Positions 11,486 through 22,036 of a DNA stretch of 64,000 bases are shown piece by piece. The stretch is from Spirochaetia bacterium. GTDB taxonomy: Bacteria; Spirochaetota; Spirochaetia; UBA9216. The stretch lies in NCBI GenBank assembly GCA_963675665.1, contig OY776510.1, positions 3,232,001-3,296,000 of the forward strand, in the 5' to 3' direction. The notes beneath the pieces are model-generated. The model was not told where the DNA came from, ran no database searches, and was given only the letters and a program-made list of their open reading frames with translations. Positions within the stretch are counted from its first letter, which is position 1; every line of letters starts with the position of its first letter. Made by a program: the position numbers and the translations under genes.

Positions 11486-11558
11486 TGGGACGTCGGCAAG
11501 CGGTTAAGCCTCCGGTTTTTGGAGCCGGTATACGCAGGTTCGAATCCTGCCGTCCCAG
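11486..11558 (+). tRNA. tRNA-Gln (TTG)
   Basis: Acceptor TGGGACG/CGTCCCA, anticodon arm CCGGT-TT TTG GA-GCCGG, T-loop GGTTCGAATCC; CCA not encoded. Confidence 0.95.
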
Positions 11559-11602
11559 GAAAAAATTTAAGATGAATACAAGACGGGAAAGGAGTGCCTT
11601 AA

Positions 11603-12235
11603 ATGGACGACAACAAAACGCTAAGTGCGGAAATAAGAAATGAATTAAAAAAGAGCGGTGCAAAAAAAGTAAGAAAAAGCGGGAAAATACCTGCTGTAAT
11701 TTACGGACACAATGAACCGCTGAACGTTTCTGTCGATGAAAAGGAATTTGTCAAAAAGTTTGAAAAGATTTCTGAGAACACAATCATTACCATAAACATT
11801 GACAAAAACAGCTACGATGTTCTTGTGAAGAACTATCAGGACGATATTCTTACAAGCAAGATAAAGCATATCGATTTTTTTGAGATAGAGAAAGGAAAAA
11901 CTCTTAAAACCAACATTCCTGTTCATATTGAAGGGAATGCAAAGGGTGCAAGAGAAGGCGGGCTTCTTGAAGTCAGACTTCATGAGCTTGAAGTAGAGTG
12001 TCTGCCGAAAGATATACCTGAAAAAATTGTAATTGATGTTGCCGAGCTGGAAGCGGGCGAAGCTATCCACGTTGCGGATGTTGAAGTGCCCGAAGGCGTT
12101 AAAATTCTGAACATGCTTGAACAGACAGTGGTTTCCGTTACTATTGTCAAGCAGGAAATTGAAGAACCTGAAAAAGGTGAAGAAGATATTGATGTTGAAG
12201 CAGCAGAAGAGGGCGACGAAGCCGACGAAGAATAG
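11603..12235 (+). CDS. rplY: 50S ribosomal protein L25/general stress protein Ctc
   Basis: 'GKIPAVIYG', 'HIDF', 'CLPKDIPE', acidic tail. Confidence 0.95.
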   Translation: MDDNKTLSAEIRNELKKSGAKKVRKSGKIPAVIYGHNEPLNVSVDEKEFVKKFEKISENTIITINIDKNSYDVLVKNYQDDILTSKIKHIDFFEIEKGKTLKTNIPVHIEGNAKGAREGGLLEVRLHELEVECLPKDIPEKIVIDVAELEAGEAIHVADVEVPEGVKILNMLEQTVVSVTIVKQEIEEPEKGEEDIDVEAAEEGDEADEE

Positions 12236-12812
12236 CAAAAAGCTGTTAATTGTCGGTCTCGGTAATCCGGGAGAACAATACCGCGAAACAAGGCATAACG
12301 CCGGTTTCGCGGTTATTGATTTTTTATCTCAAAGATTCAATATCAGTCTGCGGAAGATCTTTTTAAAGCCGGTTGAAATCGGTAAAATCCAAAAACAGGA
12401 CGCCGAAATATTTCTCGTAAAACCCATGACCTATATGAACCGTTCCGGTGATATACTGGAATATGTAATGAAAAAAACCGGAACGAATCTGAAGGATTTT
12501 GTGCTTGTTTGCGACAATATGGATCTGAAACCGGGAGTAATACGGTTAAAGAAAAAGGGATCATCTGCAGGCCATAACGGGATAAAATCGGTAATAGACA
12601 GGCTGGAGACGCCTGATTTTGCCCGATTGTACATTGGCGTCGGAAGAAGCTTAAACGGTGAAAGCGTAGTAGAGCATGTTCTTGGATGTTTCAGTCCCGA
12701 AGAGCAGAAATTGTTTTCGTATTCAGTTCAGGAAGCTGCGGAAGCTTTATTGTCTTTGTCAGGGAAATCTGTTATCCAGGTGATGAATGAGATCAATAAA
12801 AAAAACAGTTGA
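12192..12812 (+). CDS. pth: Peptidyl-tRNA hydrolase (start uncertain: ATG 12192 or CTG 12243)
   Basis: 'LIVGLGNPG', 'TRHNAGF', 'KPMTYMNRSG', 'GHNGIKS'. Confidence 0.93.
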   Translation: MLKQQKRATKPTKNSKKLLIVGLGNPGEQYRETRHNAGFAVIDFLSQRFNISLRKIFLKPVEIGKIQKQDAEIFLVKPMTYMNRSGDILEYVMKKTGTNLKDFVLVCDNMDLKPGVIRLKKKGSSAGHNGIKSVIDRLETPDFARLYIGVGRSLNGESVVEHVLGCFSPEEQKLFSYSVQEAAEALLSLSGKSVIQVMNEINKKNS

Positions 12813-14193
12813 AGAAAAAGTAATAACCTATCTTGAAAAAAACAGAATAGAAAAAGACAGCGATATTATAGTTGCTTTTTCAGCCGGACCCGATTCAACT
12901 GTACTTTTAGCTGTTTTATCTGACGTTTACGGATACAATTTTACAATTACGGCATTATATTTTAACCATAACCTGAGGCCGATGAAAGAACTTGAGAATG
13001 AAATCTTGTGTGCTGAAAAAACTGCCGAAAGTCTTGGAGTAAGGCTTATAACGGGAACCGCAGGAGCCGGTGAAATCAGGCGGGATGCGGCTGAAAGAAA
13101 TTCCGGAATTGAAGAAGCCGCCCGGGATGCGCGTTATCGGTTTTTTTACAAAATAAAAGAAGAAATGAATGCTGATTACATCGCCGTCGGACATAATCTG
13201 GATGATAATGCCGAAACCATGCTGATGCGGTTTCTGCAGAACAGCGGAACGGGCGGTTTATCGGGAATCCCGGAGAAACGCGGTTGTATAATAAGACCTT
13301 TGTGTAATATCAGCAGAAGCCAAATAGAGCAGTATCTTGACGAGTCCGGGCTTGATTACAGCAGAGACAGTACAAATTCCGAAAAAGACTTTATGCGAAA
13401 CCGGATTCGGCATGAAGTTGTGCCGATCATCAGGGGAATTTTCCCGGAATTTGATGAAAGCATGCATGCTCTTTCTGACAAGATAAAGCTGGACAACAGC
13501 TTTATCGATGAGGAAACTGCAAAAAGAATTATATGGAAACCGGCAGAAGAAGGCTGGAAGACCTCTTTGGATGTTTTTTACCGGCAGCATGAATCGTTAA
13601 AAATACGGAGCCTTTTTTCAATCCTTAATAAAATGAATGTAGGCGGCAGAATCAGTTCAAGGGCTTTGAAAAATGCTGTTTCGGTACCGGCAGGCAACGG
13701 TAAATCGCTTTTAACTGTTTCCGGGATAGAAGTCTATACTGCCGCAGGATTTATTTTTGCCCGAAGGCTTGTAAATCGCAATAAAAAAAGTTATCTTTTA
13801 TACCTGAAACCCGGAAAAAAATGCTCGGTTTCAGGACAGAATTTTATTATATTCAACAAAGACCATTCAAGTTATCCTGCAGACGGAATGAAATGCATGG
13901 TGCTTGAAGCTGCGAATAGTTCGCCCCTGGTTTTACGTTCATGCCGCAGCGGTGATGTCATTAAAACAGCAAGCGGCACGAAAAGCCTGAAGAAGCTTTT
14001 CAATGACTGGAAAATCGATAGCGGCGATAGATATAGAGTGCCAATAATTGAGGATGTAAGAGGTATTACGGCAGTTGTTGGAGAGCATCTTGGATATGAA
14101 AATATAAAAGCCTGCGGATTAACAAATCAAAATATCAGGCTGAAAAAAATCCTGCTGTTTTACAGCAGTGATACGGAGACAACTTGTGAGTGA
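12787..14193 (+). CDS. tilS: tRNA(Ile)-lysidine synthetase
   Basis: PP-loop 'AFSAGPDS', 'EEAARDARY', 'HNLDDNAET', 'RNRIRH', TilS_C 'KSLKKLF'. Confidence 0.95.
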   Translation: MRSIKKTVEEKVITYLEKNRIEKDSDIIVAFSAGPDSTVLLAVLSDVYGYNFTITALYFNHNLRPMKELENEILCAEKTAESLGVRLITGTAGAGEIRRDAAERNSGIEEAARDARYRFFYKIKEEMNADYIAVGHNLDDNAETMLMRFLQNSGTGGLSGIPEKRGCIIRPLCNISRSQIEQYLDESGLDYSRDSTNSEKDFMRNRIRHEVVPIIRGIFPEFDESMHALSDKIKLDNSFIDEETAKRIIWKPAEEGWKTSLDVFYRQHESLKIRSLFSILNKMNVGGRISSRALKNAVSVPAGNGKSLLTVSGIEVYTAAGFIFARRLVNRNKKSYLLYLKPGKKCSVSGQNFIIFNKDHSSYPADGMKCMVLEAANSSPLVLRSCRSGDVIKTASGTKSLKKLFNDWKIDSGDRYRVPIIEDVRGITAVVGEHLGYENIKACGLTNQNIRLKKILLFYSSDTETTCE

Positions 14194-16060
14194 TCAAAAA
14201 GATAATCAACCCGGAAAAGACCCGAAAGGCCGTCCCGGATTCGATTTCAACAATAATAATAAATTCGCGTTATTTTTTCTTGTTTCGCTGATTGTGATGT
14301 TTATAATTCTGTTTATGGTAAACGACCGAAGTGTCGGTACTGATATACCATATTCCACTTTTATAAACTACCTTGAAAGCGGCCAGATTACCGCGGTAAA
14401 AATTTACGACAATAAATCCATACAGGGAACAATGAGAGGGCCGTCCGGACAGAATACCGTTTTTGAAACGGAAATTCCGTATTTTGATGATTACCTGATG
14501 GAAAAACTTCGCACTAACAACGTGATTATTGAGGGTGCGGAACGAAGTACCGGGGCTGCGACAATTTTTATCCAGATTATTCCCTGGGTGATAGGTTTCG
14601 CATTTATCTGGTTTATGCTCAGGCAGATGCAGGGCGGAGGCAACAAGGCTTTTTCGTTCGGCAAAAGCAAGGCTAAAAGATACAACCAGACAGACAACAA
14701 GATTACTTTTAATGATGTTGCCGGTCAGGCAGAGGCCAAGTACGAACTTCAGGAAGTTGTTGATTTTCTCAAAAACCCGGACAAATTCAGGTTGCTCGGC
14801 GCCAGGGTTCCGAAAGGCGTGCTGCTTGTAGGTATGCCCGGTACCGGAAAAACGCTGCTTGCAAAAGCCGCTGCAGGAGAGGCCGGAGTAAATTTCTTTC
14901 ATATGTCGGGGTCCGATTTCGTAGAGATGTTTGTAGGAGTAGGCGCCAGCCGGGTGCGCGATCTTTTTGACCAGGGCCGGAAAAATGCGCCGTGCATTCT
15001 GTTTATTGACGAGCTGGATGCGGTTGGTCGCACAAGGGGCGCCGGTTACGGCGGAGGCCACGACGAGAGGGAACAGACGCTGAACCAGATGCTTGTTGAA
15101 ATGGACGGTTTCGATACAAAAGACGGGGTTATGATACTTGCGGCAACCAACCGGCCCGACGTACTTGATCCGGCTTTGCTGAGGCCCGGACGTTTCGACC
15201 GTCAGGTGGTAGTTGATATGCCTGATCTAAATGAGCGGAAAGCAATACTTACTATTCATGCCAAGAAAATTCAGCTTGAAAATGATGTTGATCTTGAAAA
15301 AATTGCCAGGTCAACTCCGGGAACCTCCGGCGCAGACCTTGCCAATCTTGTAAATGAAGCGGCGCTTTTTGCCGGCAGACAGGGGAGCGACAAGGTTTCG
15401 AGTCATAATTTCGAAGAGGCAAGAGACAAAATACTGCTTGGTGTTGCACGAACCTCAAGGGTTATTTCACCAGAGGAGAAACGTGCGACTGCATATCATG
15501 AAGCAGGGCATGCATTACTCCATTATCATCTTGAATATGCTGATCCTCTTCATAAAGTCACAGTTATCCCGCATGGCCAGGCCCTTGGGCTTGCGCTTTC
15601 TTTGCCGGAAAAGGATTCATACTCGAAAAGGAAAGGGTGGCTGCTTGACCGGATAAAAATAGCTATGGGCGGATATATTGCCGAAAAGCTTGAATATGGC
15701 GAGACAACAACCGGCACAAAAAACGATATAGAACAGGCAACCAAGCTGGCCAGGCGGATGGTGACAGAATGGGGTATGTCGGAAAAGGTGGGATTCGTAT
15801 CGTACGGTGCGGAAGACGAGCCCATATTCATAGGAAAGGAAATTGCACAGCATAAAGATTACTCGGAAGCGACCGCTAAAACCATAGATTCTGAAATAAA
15901 CGCTATTCTGTCGGGTTGTCTTAAAGAAACTGAAGAAATTCTGGATAAAAACAGAAACCAGCTTGATACGCTTGCGGAAGCGCTGGTCAGGGAAGAAACC
16001 CTTGATGATGCAAGAATACGCGAACTGCTTAATCTTCCGTCAGCAAAACAGGCTGGATGA
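14186..16060 (+). CDS. ftsH: ATP-dependent zinc metalloprotease FtsH
   Basis: Two TM helices, Walker A 'GMPGTGKT', SRH '[20 protein letters not shown]', HEAGH; GTG start after GGAGA. Confidence 0.98.
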   Translation: MSDQKDNQPGKDPKGRPGFDFNNNNKFALFFLVSLIVMFIILFMVNDRSVGTDIPYSTFINYLESGQITAVKIYDNKSIQGTMRGPSGQNTVFETEIPYFDDYLMEKLRTNNVIIEGAERSTGAATIFIQIIPWVIGFAFIWFMLRQMQGGGNKAFSFGKSKAKRYNQTDNKITFNDVAGQAEAKYELQEVVDFLKNPDKFRLLGARVPKGVLLVGMPGTGKTLLAKAAAGEAGVNFFHMSGSDFVEMFVGVGASRVRDLFDQGRKNAPCILFIDELDAVGRTRGAGYGGGHDEREQTLNQMLVEMDGFDTKDGVMILAATNRPDVLDPALLRPGRFDRQVVVDMPDLNERKAILTIHAKKIQLENDVDLEKIARSTPGTSGADLANLVNEAALFAGRQGSDKVSSHNFEEARDKILLGVARTSRVISPEEKRATAYHEAGHALLHYHLEYADPLHKVTVIPHGQALGLALSLPEKDSYSKRKGWLLDRIKIAMGGYIAEKLEYGETTTGTKNDIEQATKLARRMVTEWGMSEKVGFVSYGAEDEPIFIGKEIAQHKDYSEATAKTIDSEINAILSGCLKETEEILDKNRNQLDTLAEALVREETLDDARIRELLNLPSAKQAG

Positions 16061-16117
16061 TGAATTTATGATTCACAGTTAATCCCTTCATGAGCCGATA
16101 ATCATAGGGGGTTTTAT

Positions 16118-17791
16118 ATGAGAGGCATCAGTAAACTTGTTTGGGCGGCATTATTTATCTGCATGATAACTGCATCAGTATCGGCTTATAACGATATGGA
16201 TCGCAGAATAGGAATCGTGTATATGAAAAATGCCGCAGCTTATTATTTGAACGGTCAATACAGGCAGGCTGAAGAGTTTCTTGAAAAAGCAAAAGAATTT
16301 TATACTGATTCTTCAGATTATGAATACATAAAAGGCCTTATAAAACTGGAAAGCAAAAATGATCTTAACGCAGCTGCAGAGAATTTTAGGGATGCCGTTG
16401 AATTTGACAACTGGATATTGCTTGAAAGAAAAGAATGTATTACAGACTATGCACGAATCCTGTTCAGAAAAAAACAGTATGATGAACTGATAACCCTCGT
16501 TGAAAATAACGCATACCCTGATTTCAAGGATAACGATCTGATGTATCTTTATCTTTTAAGTCTTAAATACAGAAAACAGGATGTAAAATATCGTGATATT
16601 CTTGAGTTAAGTATAAACAGATATCATAACGATTACCGGTTCGGTTTATTATATGTTAACGAAAGCTCACTATACAGGAATAAAATACTTAACGGCGAAT
16701 ATGTTTTTAAAAATGAAGAAGGCAGAATGCAGGTTTACCTTGAATCTGTTAAAAATCTTGAAGACGGGACAAGAAAAATTACAGCGCTTGAGCAGTACTT
16801 TTCAATGGGAGGAAAGGATCTTTCCGCAAAAATTGAATATATGCGCTTAACCGGAGAAACTGACGAGGGGAAAATTCAGGAGTTGATATCGGCAAACCTT
16901 TTAAGCAACCCGTTCAACAGATTAAGACTTATAAATATTTTACCGCAGAACGAACTGAGAAAGGTTGTTGAGAATGCATATACAGAATATACAGGAAACA
17001 TCTATTACGACCTTAATAATGACGGATATTTTGAAGAACTTCACCTGTATGAGAACGGAAAGCCCGCAGGCATAAGTATTGATAATAATCAGGATGGGGT
17101 TATCGAGGTTATGATTATCTTTGAGAAAGGTCAACCTCTAGAATTGATTTTAACTACCGATAAATTTATCAGATTCTCATATGACGGGTATCCGGTGCTT
17201 CAGGAGATGAGTATTGCGGACGAAAACGGGAATACTGTCTATACTTTTATTAAAGAAAGAATGGCTCTTCCTGTTTATTCATTCAGGGAATATGATGATA
17301 AATTGATGTTTGATAACGATATAGTAAATGATTTTACAAATGATATGGAAACTGTCAGCAAAAACTCAGTCCGGATTGCAGTTTATTCAGGTGCGGGTAT
17401 TACAAACGGCTGGGGTGATTTAAAAGAAGAACTTGAAAGAAGAGATGAAAATACTGCAATATTGAAAATATATAATAACCTTATGGGAAATTATATTTAC
17501 AAGCAGTTTAAAGATAAGAAAACAATCGGTTTCGGAGATATAGATTTCGACAATATTATCGATTTAAGAGAAATATATTCCGATGGTGAACTTGTTTCAA
17601 TTGAAGCGGATGATAACAAAAACGGCAGATATGATTATAAAATCTCTTTTGAAGATGAACAGATTGTATCCTGGTGGGATTTTAATGAAGACGGCATCTA
17701 TGATTGCAGACAATATGAAAAAAATGGTGTACTAATTAATGAGTATTCTTCCGGGTTTGACGGGAATTTTGATATCATCGAAAGGAATTGA
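16118..17791 (+). CDS. Exported TPR-containing protein with several DxDxDG-like motifs
   Basis: Signal peptide, N-terminal TPR-like helices, motifs DLNNDG, DNNQDG, DDNKNG, DFNEDG. Confidence 0.6.
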   Translation: MRGISKLVWAALFICMITASVSAYNDMDRRIGIVYMKNAAAYYLNGQYRQAEEFLEKAKEFYTDSSDYEYIKGLIKLESKNDLNAAAENFRDAVEFDNWILLERKECITDYARILFRKKQYDELITLVENNAYPDFKDNDLMYLYLLSLKYRKQDVKYRDILELSINRYHNDYRFGLLYVNESSLYRNKILNGEYVFKNEEGRMQVYLESVKNLEDGTRKITALEQYFSMGGKDLSAKIEYMRLTGETDEGKIQELISANLLSNPFNRLRLINILPQNELRKVVENAYTEYTGNIYYDLNNDGYFEELHLYENGKPAGISIDNNQDGVIEVMIIFEKGQPLELILTTDKFIRFSYDGYPVLQEMSIADENGNTVYTFIKERMALPVYSFREYDDKLMFDNDIVNDFTNDMETVSKNSVRIAVYSGAGITNGWGDLKEELERRDENTAILKIYNNLMGNYIYKQFKDKKTIGFGDIDFDNIIDLREIYSDGELVSIEADDNKNGRYDYKISFEDEQIVSWWDFNEDGIYDCRQYEKNGVLINEYSSGFDGNFDIIERN

Positions 17792-17794
17792 TTA

Positions 17795-19561
17795 ATGCGT
17801 TTTTTTAAAGCAATTATCTCTGCGGCAGTGGTTTTATTTATCTTGTCATGTGTTACCGATCAACCGGCAGTCAGAGAGATCCCTGAATATAATGAAAGTC
17901 TGCTTGTAAGGATAGATAAGTTTTTTGAAACCGGTAAACCTGAAATGGTAATCCAGTTATGCAGAGGCGTTGAAGATTCAAGAATTAAATCGCAGAATGA
18001 GCGGGCAATAAATGAAATAGAAAAAAAACTGGACTCGGCTCTTGAGGCTGATGATTATCCTGCTGCGGTTGAAATAATTAAATCCATGAAAGCCGCAGGT
18101 TTGGATGTTGATACCGATGAATATGAATTATATGTAAAGGAAGTTATTTTACGCATTAATAATGATGACATTACACCGGCGCTGGCGATTTTTCAGAATC
18201 AGATTATTAATAAAAACATCAAAGTTAAATTAACTGAAGATGAAGCGGGGACGCTGCTTGATGCTGCAATAAAAAACAAAAGCAAGGTGATTATAAAATA
18301 TATATTTGATAATTTTCCGCGGAATGTTCTGGAAAGAACCGAAGAAATCAAGGAGATTGCCGAAAATACCCCTGATAAAGAGGAACTTATTAGCGGTACC
18401 GTAACTATATGGGTAAACCGCGGAATAAAAATCGAGAAGGGAGTAGGATATCCCGACAGGGTAATCGGAAGCGGTTTTTATATAGACCCGAGGGGTTTTA
18501 TACTGACGAATTACCATGTTATCGCAAGTGAAGTAGATTCCGAATATGAAGGTTATTCGCGGCTTTATATTAAATATGATCCCAATGAAGAAAAAATTCC
18601 TGCAAGAGTAATAGGCTGGGATGCTTCCCTTGATATAGCTCTTCTGAAAGTTGAATATAATCCTGAATACTTTTATACCTTTCCGCAACAGAAGGTATTC
18701 AGACCAGGAGAAAAAATCTATGCAATAGGCTCTCCGGGAGGTCTTGAAAACACTATTACATCAGGAATAATTTCGGCCTCCGGCAACAGAAGGCTTCTGC
18801 CTGTCGGGGACACAATTCAGGTTGATGTTCCCATAAACGCGGGAAACAGCGGCGGACCGGTTGTGGATGAATACGGAAATCTTGTCGGAGTTGTTTTTGC
18901 AGGAATCGAACAGTTTGAAGGCGTTAATTTTATTATTCCGGTTAAGTGGATCCTGAAAAGCCTGCCTGAATTATATGAAGAAGGGCGAAATCGGCAGTCA
19001 TGGCTGGGTATGACTGTACATGAGGATAATACCGGTCTTGAGATTATGTATCTCATGCCGGGAACTTCGGGTTTCAATTCCGAGATTAAACCCAGGGATG
19101 AAATAATAAGCATTGACGGAATTGCTGTTAAAAAAATCACGGAAGCCCAGGAAATCATACAGGACAAGAAACCTGGAACATTGATTAATATCATGGTCAG
19201 GGAAAATGAAGAATTAAAAAATGTATTGTTGATTGTTGAAGAAAGAGAAGACATGCCGATGCGAAAAGCGCTGGATCTTGACAGCAGAAAAAACCTGCTG
19301 ACACCGTTCCTCGGTATGGCAGTCGATAAGGGAGATGAAAAACTGCTTGGACAGCAATATATTGTAAAGAAAGTATACAGGGGAACTTCGGCCGATGAAA
19401 CGGGGCTTTCTGTTGATGATCCTTTTTCAATTGTAAGCTGGAACGTAGACGATGAAAATGACGTTTTAATTATCGGGATAAGAATAAAAAAGCGTAAAGC
19501 AGGTTTTCTTGAAACAGTAATACAGATGGGGAACTATATCGATATAAACAATACAATATGA
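17795..19561 (+). CDS. S1C (HtrA/trypsin-like) serine protease lipoprotein with PDZ domain(s)
   Basis: Lipobox 'ILSC'; triad in 'TNYHV', 'DIALLK', 'GNSGGP'; PDZ 'WLGM...DEIISIDG'. Confidence 0.88.
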   Translation: MRFFKAIISAAVVLFILSCVTDQPAVREIPEYNESLLVRIDKFFETGKPEMVIQLCRGVEDSRIKSQNERAINEIEKKLDSALEADDYPAAVEIIKSMKAAGLDVDTDEYELYVKEVILRINNDDITPALAIFQNQIINKNIKVKLTEDEAGTLLDAAIKNKSKVIIKYIFDNFPRNVLERTEEIKEIAENTPDKEELISGTVTIWVNRGIKIEKGVGYPDRVIGSGFYIDPRGFILTNYHVIASEVDSEYEGYSRLYIKYDPNEEKIPARVIGWDASLDIALLKVEYNPEYFYTFPQQKVFRPGEKIYAIGSPGGLENTITSGIISASGNRRLLPVGDTIQVDVPINAGNSGGPVVDEYGNLVGVVFAGIEQFEGVNFIIPVKWILKSLPELYEEGRNRQSWLGMTVHEDNTGLEIMYLMPGTSGFNSEIKPRDEIISIDGIAVKKITEAQEIIQDKKPGTLINIMVRENEELKNVLLIVEEREDMPMRKALDLDSRKNLLTPFLGMAVDKGDEKLLGQQYIVKKVYRGTSADETGLSVDDPFSIVSWNVDDENDVLIIGIRIKKRKAGFLETVIQMGNYIDINNTI

Positions 19562-21327
19562 AAAAGAATAAAGTATTAATTGTAGAAGATGAAGGAATTA
19601 TCTCTATTGATATGGCTAACAGTCTGGAATCGCTCGGTTACGAAGTTGTAGACGCGCTGCCTACAGGCGAGGAAGCCCTGAAAGTCCTTGATACAGTTAA
19701 ACCCGATCTTGTTCTTATGGATATTCAGCTGGCAGGCGAACTGGACGGAATTCAGACAGCCGAAAAAATAAACAGTCGTTATGACATTCCGATAATATAT
19801 ATTTCAGGTCATACGGATGAGCTGACACTTTCAAGAGCAAAGATAACAGGCCCTTACGGTTATATTACAAAATCATTTAATTATAATGAGCTGCATACTA
19901 CAATTGACATGGCTATTTACAAGAACCGAATGCAAAAAAAGGTTGTTGAAAATGAATATCTGCTGAACACCACGCTTGAGAATATTGAAGATGCCGTAAT
20001 AAATATCGATAACGAAGGATATATACAGTACCTGAATACGGCCGCTTCCGAGCTTCTTAATATTTCAAAGATTCAGGCTTACCAGTTAAAGATCGACAGG
20101 ATCGGAATAAAATGGGTGCAAGCCGATGGAAAAGATCTTCAGCATCCTTTTCAAAAGAAAAGAAAGAATAAGAAAGCGAAATCCGAATATAGTTTGATAA
20201 ATACAGCATCAGGTTTAGTAACTTCTGTAGAATGCTCAATAAACATCCTTCTGGATTCATCAAGAAACATAAAAGGTTATGTTTATCTGATACAGAATAT
20301 TGAAGAACGAAAAAAGATAGCTGCAATAAAATCAAGGCTTGCTTCTATAGTAGAATCGTCTCAGGACGCCATAATCGGCATTGATATTAACGGCGTTATA
20401 AACAGCTGGAACCGCGGTGCTGAAGATATTCTCGGTTATTCCGTTGATGAAGTATTGGGCCAGAATATAAGTATGCTGACGCCTCCGAATATACCTAACG
20501 AGCTTCCTGAAAAGATAGATCTTCTGAAATCCGGAAAGACTGTAGAACATTACGAAAGTGCAAGGCTAAGAAAAAGCGGAGAACTTATAGAAATGTCTAT
20601 TCTGCCTTCGCCGATATTAAATGCAAAAGGTATAATGACCGGAATTTCTTTCATAGCCAGGAATATTACCGAAAAGAAGAACCTTGAAAAAGAAGTGATC
20701 GAAATCGGAGAAAAAGAGAGGGAAAGAATAGGACGGGATTTACACGACAGTCTTGGCCAGGAACTGACCGGTATTCTGCTGAATATAAAAACAATAGAGA
20801 ATATTACAAAGAATAAACTGGCTGATGAGGAACTATCACAGATAAAGTATACGCAGGAAATGATTAAATCAGCTATTGAGAAAACAAGAACAATGGCAAA
20901 AAATATGATTCCTGTTAAGCTGCAAACGGAAGGTCTGCCTCATGCACTGGAAGATCTCGCCAATTTTGCCAGAACAGTATATAAAAAAAATGTAATAACA
21001 AGGATTGACGATAGAATCAGCAGCATGAATATCATTACGGAAACACAACTTTATCATATTGCACAGGAAGCCGTAAACAATTCAATAAAACACAGCGGTA
21101 CTGATATGATAAGTATTTCCCTTAATGTCCTTCAGTCGGAGATGGTTCTTTCGGTAAAGGACAACGGCTGTGGTTTCAGGCAGGAAAAAGGTGAAGGTAT
21201 CGGGATAAATATCATGAAGTACAGGGCTAATCTTGTAAGCGGGACATTATCTGTTCATAGCGAAGAAAATGAAGGAACACTGATATTGTGCAGGGTGCCG
21301 CTTCCGTCGTTGGAGAAGTCAAAATGA
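19558..21327 (+). CDS. Hybrid sensor kinase: REC-PAS-PAS-HisKA_3-HATPase
   Basis: 'VLIVEDE', 'DLVLMDI', PAS 'SWNRGAE', 'ERERIGRDLHDSLGQ', 'QEAVNNSIKH', 'KDNGCG'. Confidence 0.92.
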   Translation: MKKNKVLIVEDEGIISIDMANSLESLGYEVVDALPTGEEALKVLDTVKPDLVLMDIQLAGELDGIQTAEKINSRYDIPIIYISGHTDELTLSRAKITGPYGYITKSFNYNELHTTIDMAIYKNRMQKKVVENEYLLNTTLENIEDAVINIDNEGYIQYLNTAASELLNISKIQAYQLKIDRIGIKWVQADGKDLQHPFQKKRKNKKAKSEYSLINTASGLVTSVECSINILLDSSRNIKGYVYLIQNIEERKKIAAIKSRLASIVESSQDAIIGIDINGVINSWNRGAEDILGYSVDEVLGQNISMLTPPNIPNELPEKIDLLKSGKTVEHYESARLRKSGELIEMSILPSPILNAKGIMTGISFIARNITEKKNLEKEVIEIGEKERERIGRDLHDSLGQELTGILLNIKTIENITKNKLADEELSQIKYTQEMIKSAIEKTRTMAKNMIPVKLQTEGLPHALEDLANFARTVYKKNVITRIDDRISSMNIITETQLYHIAQEAVNNSIKHSGTDMISISLNVLQSEMVLSVKDNGCGFRQEKGEGIGINIMKYRANLVSGTLSVHSEENEGTLILCRVPLPSLEKSK

Positions 21328-21980
21328 ATATTAAAAAGATCGTGATCGTAGATGATCACCCGATTGTACGAGACGGGTTCGAAAAGCTGATAAACAGTGA
21401 GGATGACTTTACTGTTGTCGGAACGGCCGAAGACGCGTCGGAAGCAATAGAATTGATCTCGAAATTTAACCCTGATGTTGCAATGATTGATCTTTCTCTT
21501 AAAGAGAGCAGCGGAATTGAACTGATAAAGGATATTCAGATATGCAGTCCCGATGTAAGAATTCTTGTTGTATCGCTGCATGATGAAGAAATATATGCGG
21601 AAAGAGTGTTGAGGGCCGGGGCAAAGGGTTTTATCATGAAGGCTGAAGCTGTTGATGATATTATAACTGCCGTAAGAAAAGTTGCCGGCGGTGAAATTTA
21701 TCTCAGTCACAAGATGCAGTCGAGAATGATTGAAATGATGGCTTCAGGAAAAAAGAACCGAAATCTTAATCCGGTAGATATTCTTAGCGACAGGGAACTT
21801 GAAGTATTTCAGATGATCGGCAACGGGATGAAAACCAGGCATATAGCGGATCAGCTTAAACTAAGCGTAAAGACAATCGAAACATACAAATCCCATCTTA
21901 AGCTCAAACTTCAGCTTAAAGACAGTGTTGAACTGATACAAAGAGCTGTTGAATGGGAGATGAAGCAGAACGTCCGTTAA
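21324..21980 (+). CDS. NarL/LuxR-family response regulator
   Basis: 'IVDDHPIVR', 'LSDRELEVF', 'LSVKTIETY'; ATG overlaps the kinase stop. Confidence 0.93.
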   Translation: MNIKKIVIVDDHPIVRDGFEKLINSEDDFTVVGTAEDASEAIELISKFNPDVAMIDLSLKESSGIELIKDIQICSPDVRILVVSLHDEEIYAERVLRAGAKGFIMKAEAVDDIITAVRKVAGGEIYLSHKMQSRMIEMMASGKKNRNLNPVDILSDRELEVFQMIGNGMKTRHIADQLKLSVKTIETYKSHLKLKLQLKDSVELIQRAVEWEMKQNVR

Positions 21981-22036
21981 GGTTGATCTAAGCCGTTAAA
22001 TAGTTATAATATCGCATATTGGAGAATCACGAATAA

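Noticed and set aside
14270-15061. 263-aa minus-strand ORF
   Set aside because: Antisense shadow of ftsH.
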